NCBI RefSeq assembly: GCF_963921235.1
Contig: NC_086108.1
Coordinates: 52,640,001-52,704,000, forward strand
Origin: Mobula hypostoma
Taxonomy: Eukaryota
DNA length: 64,000 nucleotides
Direction: 5' to 3'
Part shown: positions 36,556 through 49,074 of the stretch, piece after piece
How positions within the stretch are numbered: position 1 is the stretch's first letter
Layout: every line of letters starts with the position of its first letter
Notes under the pieces: generated by a model
The model's database searches: none
Told to the model about the DNA's origin: nothing
The model's input: only the letters and a program-made list of their open reading frames with translations
Position numbers and translations under genes: made by a program

Positions 36556-37692
36556 CCCTCTGGTCAGTCACAGCCTGACTTTGAGCAATCAAAGAAATTT
36601 CAGACATTATGTTCCAGTTCCAGCAAGTATATATTCACTTGATCCTCAACTTCTTCGCCAATGTTGATTAAATTAGCAGCATAGAGCAGATGCTCACGAT
36701 ATACGAACACTGTGAGTAAATCCGTACAAATACTTTGAGTAAATCCAGCAGATTTTGTCTGCTCCTTCTTGTCCCATCTCCACAATCCTGCTTCAAAATA
36801 TAGATGCCACTATGGAGAACGCATCACAAACTGGGTTCTATTACTTTTACCCTTAGCCTGGACCTCAAGTTGCTGATAAGAAGGCAATGATTTTGCAGAA
36901 AAAATTTGACAGAGCTGCCAATGTTTACTGACTTTACTTGTGCAAATGAGAGCAACTCCTGCATTCCTATAATTGCATTTATGATTACTGAATTCCTTAC
37001 ATTGCAGTCAGCTTTTCAACGTTTTTCCAACTCAGCTCATTGCTGGAGAGTAGCCTGAATTTGCTGTGTTTTCCCATCGCCTGCATTGTCCCACTTAATT
37101 CAAACTATTGTTATTTGTTTGCATTTAAATCTTTCTGTGTATTTAAATGAATTTAATGGCTTTTGAGTTTTCTATGTTATTTTCTCAAGTTAGTCTTCTT
37201 AAACAGTTCGGTTGCTTTTTAATAATTTCTAAATGCCACAAATACTGTTTTGACAGATTTAACACTTCCCATTAAATGGGAAGCTGGAACAAGAGAATGC
37301 GAGAAGGTATTTAAAATCATGAACCAGTTTTAACCGTCAGAGCTTCCTTCTAACTTCTTCCACATGACAGAAGGCACTGCCAGTGCACAGGGCTTCACAA
37401 ATTCTCTCAGAGCTGGCTCAGACTCACATCCTTGGATTGGAGCACTGCACAAAGCAGAAAGCACTACAGAATTAATGATTGCCTAGAGTTGGGATTGTAT
37501 CATTGCAGATCCTGACTGTTTTGAATAAAATGGGGACTGAATCACTCTGCTGTCCCACTCCCCCCAAGTGTTCCATCCCAGTTTCCTGTGATCATCAGTT
37601 CTGACCTTCTTACACCCAAGTAAAAAACTACAATAAATATATTTCTCATGTTTAACTTCAGTCTTTCAAAGCATCATTAATCCTTTGTGTAG

Positions 37693-37930
37693 GTGAATTC
37701 TGGTTATGGTTCGAAAAGGTACTCTATACAACATTATCAGGGAGATCACATTAAAATGGAAGGCCAGAAAAGTGACAAGCATTTCATAAAGTATACCTTT
37801 CACCTGCGTGAAAAGGGGAAAGATTATACTGCCTAACATCCTCTTGGGAAATGACTGAAAAGGCAGGAATTCCTTCTCTACCAAAGATAGGAGATATCAC
37901 ATCATACCAAATGTGCTGAAAATTATTAAG
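37693..37930 (+). pseudogene. ANGPTL3: Decayed ANGPTL3 fibrinogen-domain exon (human exon 6 equivalent)
   Basis: tag|GT GAA TTC TGG TTA gives GEFWLWFEK; frameshift to YSIQHYQGDHIKMEGQKSDKHFIKYTFHLREKGKDYTA* (TAA 37834); frameshift to SFSTKDR; frameshift to KCAENY* (TAA 37927). Confidence 0.85.
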
Positions 37931-39203
37931 TTGACTGTAATTAAATAAAGACTTAACTATTACGATTATTAACTATTAAGCAGAAAAAAACCAAAGAAAG
38001 CTGCCAGTAATTGGGGTCCAAATAGCATTAGGTGGATTTGCAGAGAGGTAGAGATGAAAAATTCTGATAAGGTAATGAATTAATGCATTTATGAGAAACC
38101 ATAATAGGACAGGGTTGTTGGGTGTAAAAAATGTGCCTGTTCTATAATATTCTCATTCAGTCAGGCAGCAAGTTCCAGGATTTAGACTTAGCAACAATAA
38201 AAAAAAGCCAATATACAGGATCATGTGTGATTTCAAGTGGAACCTGTAAGTGCGTTTCCTAGGTGTCTGTTCAGATCCTCTTGCTCAATGGTAGGGATGG
38301 CAGATATGCAAGTGGTTTCAGAATAGCCTAAGCTAGAGATCACAATGCCCTCTGCATACCGTACACATAGCAGCCACAGTGCATCAATGGTGAAGGGAGT
38401 GAATGTTTAAATGTGGGGGGATGGGAAGCAAAGGAGATAGGGCACTACTCAACACACTGTTTTTCTGAATGATTTTGAACATCTCAAGTGTTGCTGAAGT
38501 TGCACTCATCCAGCCAAGTGGAGAGAGTATTCCTTCACAGACCTGACCACATTTAGAAGCCCTCGGGATGTCAAGAGGTGAATCACTTGATGCAAGGTAG
38601 CTCTTGTGGCCACAGTATTTATATAGCTGAATCAGTTATATTTCTAGTAAACGATGACTCCAGGATGCTGATGGCAAGGAAAGCCATGATGGTATTACCA
38701 TAAAACTTCAAGGCTGAGAAGTTACATTTTCTTTTGTTGGAGGCTGTCACTGCCTGCAACTATATGTGGTGCAAATGTTCAATCAACCTGAGCCACTAAA
38801 GTCTTTGAACTCATGTTCTATATTTACTTGGCTCAGAAAAATAAGCATACAATTTCATGTTCAAATTTTAAACTACATTATTTTAATGGCAATATTATCA
38901 ATCTCAAAAGATTTAGGGTGACAAGTTAAATTATAAATAGAGGTTCAAGTCAAACTCAGGTACCACAGGTATTCATCTTCCACCTGGACACAAAGCAGAC
39001 CTCGGGGATTGATAATGAACCCAATAATTTCAGATCATCTGCCTGAGTCAGAACCGTCCCTACCTGCCAGAGGGTCAGTGACTGCTCCCAAAGGAGGCCA
39101 CCGCTCGGACCAGGCGTGAGTTCTGAGTCACGGAAGGACTCTACGATGTTCTGAAATTTATGTGATTGGGCTGTACTTTATATTGGTCTCCCAAAGGGGT
39201 CAG

Positions 39204-39770
39204 AGGGTCAGTGATCGCTCCCTAAGGGGCCGGGGGGGTCAGCGATCGCTCCCTAAGGGGCCGGGGGGGTCAGCGATCGCTCCCTAAGGGGCCGGGGGGG
39301 GTCAGCGATCGCTCCCTAAGGGGCCGGGGGGGGGTCAGCGATCGCTCCCTAAGGGGCCGGGGGGGGGGGTCAGCGATCGCTCCCTAAGGGGCCGAGGGGG
39401 GGGGTCAGCGATCGCTCCCTAAGGGGCCGGGGGGGGGTCAGCGATCGCTCCCTAAGGGGCCGGGGGGGGGGGTCAGCGATCGCTCCCTAAGGGGCTGGGG
39501 GGTCAGCGATCGTTCCCTAAGGGGCCGGGGGGGGGGTCAGCGATCGCTCCCTAAGAGGCTGGGGGGGTCAGCGATCGCTCCCTAAGGGGCCGGGGGGTCA
39601 GCGATCGCTCCCAAAGGGGCCGGGGGGGGTCAGCGATCGCTCCCTAAGGGGCCGGGGGGGGTCAGCGATCGCTCCCAAAGGGGCCGGGGGGTCAGCGATC
39701 GCTCCCAAAGGGGCCGGGGGGTTAGCGATCGCTCCCAAAGGGGCCGGGGGGTCAGTGATTGCTCCCAAGG
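39204..39770. repeat. GC-rich minisatellite, ~18 units of GGGTCAGCGATCGCTCCC(T/A)AAGGGGCCG(G)n
   Basis: Units counted directly; length ~30-35 bp, varying mainly in the G run. Confidence 0.95.
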
Positions 39771-40029
39771 GAGGCCACCACTCGGACCAGGCGTGAGTTC
39801 TGAGTCACAGAAGGACTCTTCGATGTTCTGAAATTTATGCGATTGGACTGTACTTTATATTGGTCTCCTTCAGTCTTTTGCCGTTATCTTCCTTACGGCG
39901 GATTGGTGAGTGGGTGATCTGTAAGTTCTTTGTGTTTTTTTGTGTGGTTGGGGGGGGTAGGGGTTTTTTGATGTCACTGTCACCGTTCTTTTTCACGTGT
40001 GGGGGGGGTTGGTCGCGGTTTTTTTCCCT

Positions 40030-41130
40030 GTAGGGGAAGGGTTGGGGATGTGTTGCTACTGTTGCTGTTTTTTCTGTGGGGAGGGAGGTCAGGGATTGTA
40101 TTGTTGCTGTTTTTTTCTGCGGGAGAGGGATCGGATTATATTGTTGCTGTTTTTTCTGCAAGGAAGGGGGTCAGCGATTGTACAGTCGCTGTTTATTTTC
40201 TGCAGGGCGGGTATTGGGGATTGTTGCTGTTATTTTCTGCAGGAGAGGGATCGGATTATATTGTTAATGTTTTTTTCTGCAAGGAGGGGGTCGGGTATTG
40301 TACAGTCGCTGTTTATTTTCTGCGGGGTGGGTATTGAGGATTGTTACTGGTGCTGTGTTTTTCTGTGGGAAAGGAGATCAGGGATCGCATTGTTGCTGTT
40401 TTTTCTGCGGGAGAGGGATCGGATTATATTGTTGCTGTTTTTTTCTGCAAGGAGGGGGTCGGGTATTGTACTGTTGCTGCTTATTTTCTGCGGGGGAGGG
40501 ATCGGATTATATTGTTGCTGTTTTTTTCTGCAAGGAGGGGGTCGGGTATTGTACTGTTGCTGCTTATTTTCTGCGGGGGAGGGATCAGATTATATTGTTA
40601 ATGTTTTTTTCTGCAAGGAGGGGGTCGGGTATTGTACTGTCGCTGTTTATTTTCTGCGGGGGAGGGTGTCAGGGATTGTTACTGTTTTTCTCTGTGGGAA
40701 AGGGGATCAGGGATCGCATTGTTGCTGCTTTTTCTGCAGGAGAGGGATCGGATTATATTGTTGCTGTTTTTTTCTGCAAGGAGGGGGTCGAGTATTGTAC
40801 TGTCACTGTTTATTTTCTGCAGGGGAGGGTGTCAGGGATTGTTACTGTTTTTATCTGTGGGAAGGGGGATCAGGGATCGCATTGGTGCTGCTTTTTCTGC
40901 AGGAGAGGGATCGGATTATATTGTTGCTGGTTTTTTCTGCAAGGAGGGGTCGAGTATTGTACTGTCGCTGTTTATTTTCTGCAGGAGAGGGGGTCAGGGA
41001 TTGTTACTGTTTTTTCTGTGGGTGAGGGATTCGGGGAGTGTATCGCTATTGTTTATTTCTGCATAGGAGGCGGCTGGGGATTGTTACTGCTGCTGTTCCT
41101 TTTTCTGCGGGGAGGGGTGCAGGGATTCTG
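40030..41130. repeat. Complex GT-rich minisatellite with ~40-bp subunits in higher-order arrangement
   Basis: Recurring subunits GGGATCGGATTATATTGTTGCTG, GGGGTCGGGTATTGTACTG, TCAGGGATTGTTACTG, ATCAGGGATCGCATTG. Confidence 0.9.
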
Positions 41131-42709
41131 GGGTCTGCGAGGTTTGTTTCTTTTACTTCTTTGTGGGCATTTCATGGCTATCTGGAGAAGACAATTATCA
41201 GAGTTGTATTGTACATGCATACTTTGACAATAAAATGAACCTTGAACCTTGCTTCATCTTTTTATTCTCTCCAATCACACTCATTCACCTCTTAACTGAA
41301 ATACTCTGAAAATATGCCACCCGAAAAATTAGACATTCCCTTTTCTCTCTATCCCTCACTACTCTCCATTTTCAACACATTTCTCATTTTTCCCAGTTTA
41401 GATTAAGAACTATCAACCTGACACATCAACTCTGTTTCTCTCTCCGCATGTATGGCTTGACATATTGGGCATTTTCTGCTTTCCTCAATGACCTGTTCTC
41501 ATTTGGGCCTGGATGCAAATTAAGTATAGACTGAAAAAAAAATTAAACAGTTGTCTTTTCTTGCATTCCATAATAATTTGCGCACAATGTCGTTGGAGGG
41601 TTATTGAGTTTGAAGAGATTACAAGGAACAAAGAAAGGAAGTATTTAAAATCAATCTAAGTCATGGGCGGATGGCACAACATGGTTTAGAATGTAAGGAA
41701 CAGAGCTGTAGATAAGCAAAGATGGACAAAGGGCAGAACAACATTGCAATAGGTGAGTCTAGAAGTAACAAGAGTCTGGACAAGGTAATGTTCTAGAGGT
41801 CAAAGCAGACTGGTCATATTAAAGGAGAGCATATGAAGTAGGAAGTCAAACAGGAACGTGATACATCTCAAGGCGATGCCTACGACGGGAAGTGGATTCA
41901 TTAGCAAGGGAACAGAGGGTGCAGGACACAGAGTGAGAAGAATTGTGGGGGGAGCGGTTGTGATTAAATAAAACAAAGTGTGAACAAATCCGCATGAAAT
42001 CCGACATCATGTCTTGAATATGGCCTTTTCCTAATCTTAACAATAAGTTTTAAGTTTCAGAATTATAAATCTTAAACATGAAATGCTTACAAAGTGAACT
42101 AATCACTTTACAGGTACAATGCCAGCTAAACTGTTTTTACCAAAAGCACCGTATTTAAAGTTGATAGAGAAAAAGTTGTCCAAAATTAGTTGCAGTGCAA
42201 TTTCTATCTTTACGCCTGCAACAATACTAATTCAAAATAATTGCATCAATGCCTGACAAATTAAACTGGAATAAAAGATATATTCTAGGCTATTAATAAA
42301 TCCGTTGTACAGAATGCATTATTATTTCCTCATATTATTTCTCTGATCCTTTCATCTAATCATCATGATTAGTCATAGTCTGGTTTGCCATTAATTAAAT
42401 AAAATACCATCTTGACCTAGTTAAGCGCTTCTACAGGGTGCCTTTATCCAGTGATCACAGTGAACACAAACATTCTAATTTCACAAAAATGGATGCTTAC
42501 ATAAGGACTATTACAGAGAAGAAAAGATAGCATAAACTCTTTTAAAGTTACATGAAATAATGAAAAAGCATGATTAAAAGAAAAAGGATTAAAATAAAAT
42601 CAATAAAGGGAAAGGAACAATTCAGCAGGATTCTTCAGGAGAAACATTGTCACCCAAATTATCAGAAATCTAATTCCACTGATTTTAATTTTTACTGACA
42701 AATTTTTAG

Positions 42710-42900
42710 AGTTCTGACAAAGACAAAACTTCAAAATCCTTGCGGTAAAATCTGACCTTCCTTCAGCTTAACCAATCTGCATAGAAGATATACCATTTGG
42801 CCCTGATCGTAGGCAAAATGAGACAAATTCAGGTACAACATGATGAGATAACTTTAGATACCACCTTCAGATCCTCATTTTGATTTTGATACCTTTGACC
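42710..42900 (+). pseudogene. Possible heavily decayed last ANGPTL3 exon
   Basis: After tttttag, motifs appear in the expected order across frames: NPCGK, PDRRQ, TLDTT, DFDTFD (compare recalled human ECGEN, PERRR, SIKST, DSESFE); no GGWW or NLNG motif retained. Confidence 0.3.
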
Positions 42901-43142
42901 CCCAGCTGGTGGCATAGTGGCATCAGTGTCGGACTTCAGGACGAAAGGTGCCGAGTTCAAATCCAGTTCCAGCTGGCTCTCCTTCACGCTTTCCATCCGT
43001 GCTGGGTTATGAGCTGGTGATCTCTTTGGAAACTCACCTGGCAGAACCCACTGCTGTAACCTGCCTCATAAGCAGTTCCCCACTACGTCAGAGAGGCGTA
43101 GAGGGAAATCATCCGCTAACCGGAGAAACTCCAGATGCAACA
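42901..43142 (+). mobile_element. tRNA-derived SINE-like element
   Basis: A-box-like TGGCATAGTGG and B-box-like GAGTTCAAATCC at tRNA-like spacing. Confidence 0.6.
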
Positions 43143-43440
43143 TACCTTTCCTTTTTACCTTTGCATTATTTTGCTGGTTATGGTTAATTTTCTGCGATAC
43201 AGATAGGATAACAGATTCCTGCCTACTGTAGGCCATGATCACAAGACAGAATTCTCTCACAGGAACCAGTCTGTGTTCTCAATTGCTCCAAATCCAACTT
43301 GTTAAAAACAGCACGAGTAAATGTTTCATGAACAAGAACTGAATACAATGTGCACCCCCTTCCCTCAATGTTCTGATCCATTTTCCCAAAAGAATCACTT
43401 GCACATTATAGAAGTTATGAAGAATAACTATTGTTCTTAC

Positions 43441-43603
43441 CTGTATGTGGTGTACGGAACATACACATCCCTTGAAGGAAACTCCAGGATATCCTTTGTT
43501 GGTCTAACTCGAGTATCTGGGTAGGGTTTGACCTGTAGTAACTCTGGTGTGAGACAATAATGGGGATTTTCTGGAGCTGGAGAAATGTCTATTTTCAGTT
43601 GGG
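43441..43603 (-). CDS. DOCK7: DOCK7-like internal exon (163 nt), 5' flank of the ANGPTL3-containing intron
   Basis: [55 protein letters not shown], cag/gtaaga flanks. Confidence 0.95.
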
Positions 43604-45087
43604 CTGTATACAGAAAATAAAAATGAAATCTTAAAAGGTGCTCGTTCAGGAAAAGAAATCTTCAAAAAATTTAGTACAAATGAATTTCAAAAATGTTAAT
43701 TTGTTTTTAAATCTGTACAACAGACAAGATAAAAATAATAATTAATACTTGATACTGTCAATCTGCACTGAAATAAGCAAATTCTGGATTTATGAAACAA
43801 TAAAACAGCATTTGAAAAAGGTGATGCATTTCTTCCAAGCCAAATAGACAGCAGTGGAGATGATCTGAGTGTGATTGGTTATAGACAGTGAACTGAAGAC
43901 AACGGCTTGATGAGACTGTAGCCCAGTAATACAATGCTTATTCAGTGAACCGTGGGAACCAAGCAGAAACAAGGAGGATAGATTTGGGAAACAATCAGTA
44001 GGAAAGGAGGTAAGGTGATTCTTCAAAGAAAATATATTAGTAACATTTGAAAAAAAGTTAATGTTGAAGATTACAGGAACATTTACTCCTTCAACAGCTA
44101 ACAGATTCTGATTGTGCAGTTCCAGTATTTTCTCGATTTGTGAGTAATTCTCAGGACTGAAGGGCATAATCATGATCTGTGACACACATAAAATGCTGAT
44201 GGAATTTAGCAGGTTAGGCAGCATCTATGGAGGGAAATGAACAGTTGATTTTCAGGCTAAGACCTTTCACCAGAACTGGCTTTCGCCTCCAGATTTTCAG
44301 CATGTGCAGGTCTCTTTTGCGTCACCATAATCATCAATTACTGGGAATCACTGAACTCTTACTGTTCAGTTAGAGGACAAAACCCTCCATCACATTCCTG
44401 TTCTTTCCCTAATGTCCTGCAAATGATCCATTCTGTTCAGTTCCTTACTGAAGGCACCATTTGATTGTTTCCACCACCGCCATCAGATCACGACCACTTT
44501 CTAAGCTCAGCATGTCTCCCTTATACATTGTGTGCAAGATTTTAAATCTACATCTCTCTATCTCAAGCCATCTGATGACAGCAACTTCCCACTATTTATC
44601 TGATCCAAAGGAGTCAATGGCATGTGCACTTCCAGCAAACCTCCTTTCAATCATCTTTGCTCCAAGAAGAATTCCATCTTCTCTACTGGAAACTTAACTT
44701 GAATGCAAGAGCCATTCATATCTTTGCTGCACGTCTCAGAATTAGGTCCAGCCTGTGATCCTAACTTTTGGCAAGTGTCATCAGCTTGTTTAATGGTAGA
44801 CCTGATTTATTCATTAAATAGCTTTATGACTGATGCCAGGAAAGCTTCCACAGCTTAGTTTTATTTTAATTTATTTGTCCATGGGATGTGGATATTTCTG
44901 GCAGAGTAGACAGGAATTTAAGTGTAAACAATTAAATAAAATGCTATTATTAATAATAGCATTTATAGCCATTTCTAATTCCCTTCAGCAGGTGGTGGTG
45001 GTGTGAGACTTGGTATGGATAGAGACTAAAACTTGAAACTTTCCAGGTCTGTGGGTACCATCCCATACTGAACAACATTTTCAATCA

Positions 45088-45243
<156 letters not shown>

Positions 45244-45376
45244 CTAGATGTGTGGTACAAGAGGAGCAAAGGAAGTAGTGAAAAATATCTGGTCAGTTAT
45301 GGATAAATTACTAACTTCTTTTATATCAGATAATTTGAACTCCTGTTATGTACTATGTCAAACTATTTAAGGTTAC

Positions 45377-45519
45377 CTGTTTGAAGAAGTTTGTGACTGT
45401 CAGCGTAGCTGGTCTGAAGCTTGAAAGGTTGCATGATTCATCACCTGTTGTAACTCGTTCAAGAGAGCGTCTCCCGACAAGACCAGAATTCCTTCTTTCT
45501 GACCAAGAACCCTTCCGCT
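45377..45519 (-). CDS. DOCK7: DOCK7-like internal exon (143 nt)
   Basis: [48 protein letters not shown], tag/gtaacc flanks. Confidence 0.95.
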
Positions 45520-48328
45520 CTATCAGGAAATTATGTCACACTAGTTAAGAAAATAGTCAATGTCACAGAAAGCCCCATGTCCTCACATATTAATCAAAAT
45601 CCCACTTAAGCTGCCATTCCAGCCATTCCAAACTCATGGTTCCCTGCAATGTTACTACTCTGGAATAACAGCTGCATTCATCTCCTTTAAAGTATTACTG
45701 TATTTTACAGTGGTACACACAAAATGCTAGAAGAACCAAGCAGATCAGGCTGCATCAATGGAAAGGAATAGAAAGTCAATAAAAGAGGTCCAAATCATGA
45801 GGGATAATATCTAGGACAGAAAAGCCATTTGGCTCAACTGATCCTGACAGTACTTCCTAAAATTTCATTAGTCTAAGAAGGAAAATTCAAAATTTAAGCA
45901 TCATTTCCCTTTTAAAATCCATGCTGATTATTCTTTACTATAATTTTTCATTCTGATTTTCTTCTATTCTCTTTTTTTAGGTTGGATTCTATCATTTTCT
46001 TTTCTAGCAATGGCATTAAGCTGACATGCCTATCATACCCTGGGCCTGTTTGAAAAAACCCTTTATAAAAATATATATACACATTAACCCTCTGGGTGGC
46101 ACTATGCTTTTAACAGGTTATTATAATTGAACTGGATACTCTAAAAGCAGCTTAACCAGACCAACATATAACTGTAATACAATATTCAGGAATTAAGTCA
46201 AATAGTTTAATTACAAAACTCTTCTTCCTTTCTCTTTTTCTCCTCTAAGTGTTGGTTTATGTCCTCCAACACAGAGCAACAAATTGAATTGGTTTTTGGT
46301 GGAAATGTACCACAAATCCACAGAGGGAAGTGAGTCCTTGACTTTGGTCCATTGCTAGATCCTAGTGTGCTGAATGATAAATACCTTCTGAAGACCAGTA
46401 GTAAACCTCCTTTCATGCTAGGAACCCCACAAAACACCCTGTACATTTAAAAAGGCACTTAGCTGAGGCAAGGTCAATTATTTACTTCTATTTATTTTGA
46501 TTTACATTAATGCTTTTATTATTTTTAAAAATGAATTCATTTTAACTTATTGTGAATGTTTTTTTTGGTAAACTTCCTACTGAAATCTTAAGTTTTAAAT
46601 GTCTCTAAAGATCAGAAATGTTTGAAGTCTGTAACAAAGTTGAATCTGAGGGCAAGAAAACCGAAACAACTGCAGATGCAGGAAAACTTTAATAAAAACA
46701 GAAAATTATGTATGGAGACACAAAATTAATAGTTGATGTCAAAGGTGATCTTTCACCAGAACTTGGAAAGAGAAAACACATTAGTCTTGAGCAGAACAGA
46801 GGGTGGATGAGAAATGGATGATGGAATAAAGGGACTATCGGAAGGAGCAAGGTCAGAATAATCGCAGGGCTAAGCAGATGATGAAGCAATCTGTTTGACT
46901 GATTAATGAGCAAAGTTAAAAGAAGGAAAAGATAAACAAAGCAAACAAAAGCAGTGAAATGATCCAGTCAGGTCATGCTAGTTGATGTGTGACCTAGAGT
47001 AGAAACAGCCAGTTCTGATAGAAAATGTTCGTTATCAAAAGCAGATAAATTCAACATTGAATCTGAAAGGTTGCAAAAAGCCCTAAAGGAAAATAAAGTA
47101 CTACTTCTCAGTGGTATACCAGGCCTTACCATAACAATGCATGAGCCAGAGAGCGAGTAAAAAAGAGAATTAAAGAGTTGGGCAACAGAAACCTAAACAA
47201 CAGAACCCCTATGGACTGAAAACAGATGCTGTACAAAGTCATCATCCAAAATACACCTGGTTTCTCTAAAGTAGAGCAGACCACATCGGGTGCAGTGAAT
47301 GCAATACTCTTGACTGAATCGTTGCGTCACCCTGGAGGAGCAGTAAAGGAGTCAGACATTGTGTGTAACATGAGAAACTGCCACAAAAAAGGGAGTAGCT
47401 GGTGGAAATGGATGAGCAGGTGAAGGGGCTGATGAATGGGAATGGGGAAGGGAGATATAACTGCTCCTACAATCTCATTGAAAGTGGCAAAAGTTGCAGG
47501 GATGGTCCACCGATTGTGGAGGCACAACATGGGATCTCTGTTCTGCATTTGCAGGGCCTTTATAATCAAGGCCTCAGTGAATAGGCCCACAAGATGTTCA
47601 GCTATACCTCATTGGGTCCAACACAGTTGTGAGGGATGGGGGGGAGGGGGTAGGGGAAGTAGGGAAAGTAGGGAGAGAGGACTCAATTTTTTCTCTACCA
47701 GAGGTGCAGAGGAGTGCAAAATGAGCAGCAAAATTTATAGTTTCTATCTCACACCCCTCTTTAAGTTAAATCAACCTTATAACTACTTGTCAAAACCTTA
47801 TTAGTTACTTATGAAACTGGGAGGGGATTTTTTCTTTTTTTCTGTTTTCCTTTGGTGGTCATATAAATAAATGGAAACACCAAACGGAAAAGTTAAGTAA
47901 AATGAGATTGTTGGCTTCTACACCTTCATCTCTGGGATCCAAGCTCAACACTAACTCAAATGGAAGATATGAAATGAAACTCATCTAGTCTGTTTCAATC
48001 CAGTGTATAGTTGACATGATTCCAAATGGTGCTGAATTAAATCTGACATAGCAAGTGGGAAAGACAGAAACACACAATGCTGAATTATTAGCACTCAACT
48101 GAACTTGGGGCTTAACACAGAGTGGGTTAGTCCTTTTGCAGAATATGCTGTGTGAGCCACAAGTAAGTAATAAACACCTCTAATGCTAGTTGAGTGAAAT
48201 GATCATATTCCCAAAACATCCCTCAATTTAAGAAGCAACGAGCAATAAACACCAATTAAGATATATAAATAGAAATATGGACATTAGTGTTACCAGTTTT
48301 TAAGAAAATTCACTTAAGAGCACATCAC

Positions 48329-48494
48329 CTCCCGCTCCTATCTCTGAGTCGGTGCTGTCTCGCTCCAGGCTTCCTGCACTGTTAACAATGTTCATTAGAT
48401 GTATGGCAGTCCAAGCAAAAGGCATGCGGTACTTCCCCAGTCTATGACAGAACAACTCTGCTTGGCTCTTTAGCTTCTCCAACTTTTCTTTGTT
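48329..48494 (-). CDS. DOCK7: DOCK7-like internal exon (166 nt)
   Basis: [55 protein letters not shown] (ORF 48300..48482), cag/gtgatg flanks. Confidence 0.95.
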
Positions 48495-48786
48495 CTGTTA
48501 AAAAAAGGTAAATTTAAAAGTATGTCATTTATAACAAAAACTCTGTGCTACTGAAACTCTCTATATAGATGAAATCATCTAGTCCCACACCATTTTTAAT
48601 CTCATGAGTTGGGCACCCAGCATGGGCAGACCCCCTTCATGTGCCACACCATCAACAACCATATGTGCTCTTGTTAAAAGTGAAAGAAAATTTCAATTAC
48701 AGTTTAGAAATTATTAATTTTATGCTGGAAATATTTGGTAAATACTAAAGTCTAAAATTCCCAAAATACTTCAGAAAAATTGTTAC

Positions 48787-48867
48787 TTTTGCTGTTTCAG
48801 ACTCTTTGAAGATCATATAGGGTTCTGCACATTCACCAATATCGCCTTGTTGCAAAACTTTCTCCAA
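48787..48867 (-). CDS. DOCK7: DOCK7-like internal exon (81 nt)
   Basis: [27 protein letters not shown], cag/gtaaca flanks. Confidence 0.95.
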
Positions 48868-49074
48868 CTGAAAAACAAAGAGAAACATTATTTCTAACTG
48901 TGGGCAACCTGTTCTTCTCAGTTATAAATACAGGCTAAGTAGTTTCATAATTTACGTTAGACAACAAGAAATCACTTTAGTGAACCCAGCCCGATACTCA
49001 ATGCCAACAACACTTTTGAGTGTAAGTACTACTATCAACAGAGGTAAACAATGTCTTTCACAGAGTAGTTCCTT

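Noticed and set aside
36600..36785. 61-aa minus-strand ORF with protein-like composition
   Set aside because: No recognisable family, and the DOCK7 exons on either side already join in frame without it
37257..37306. AG/GT-bounded 50-nt segment as a possible ANGPTL3 exon 4 or 5 remnant
   Set aside because: No convincing fibrinogen-domain motif (WT.IQ.R.DGS, VYC) in any frame
39204..39770. CRISPR-like appearance of regularly spaced palindromic repeats
   Set aside because: No unique spacers, only variable G runs; vertebrate intron context with no cas genes
39997..41227. Long Cys/Gly/Phe-rich ORFs (342 aa and 309 aa)
   Set aside because: They are translations of a GT-rich tandem repeat that is open in several frames; no splice or domain evidence
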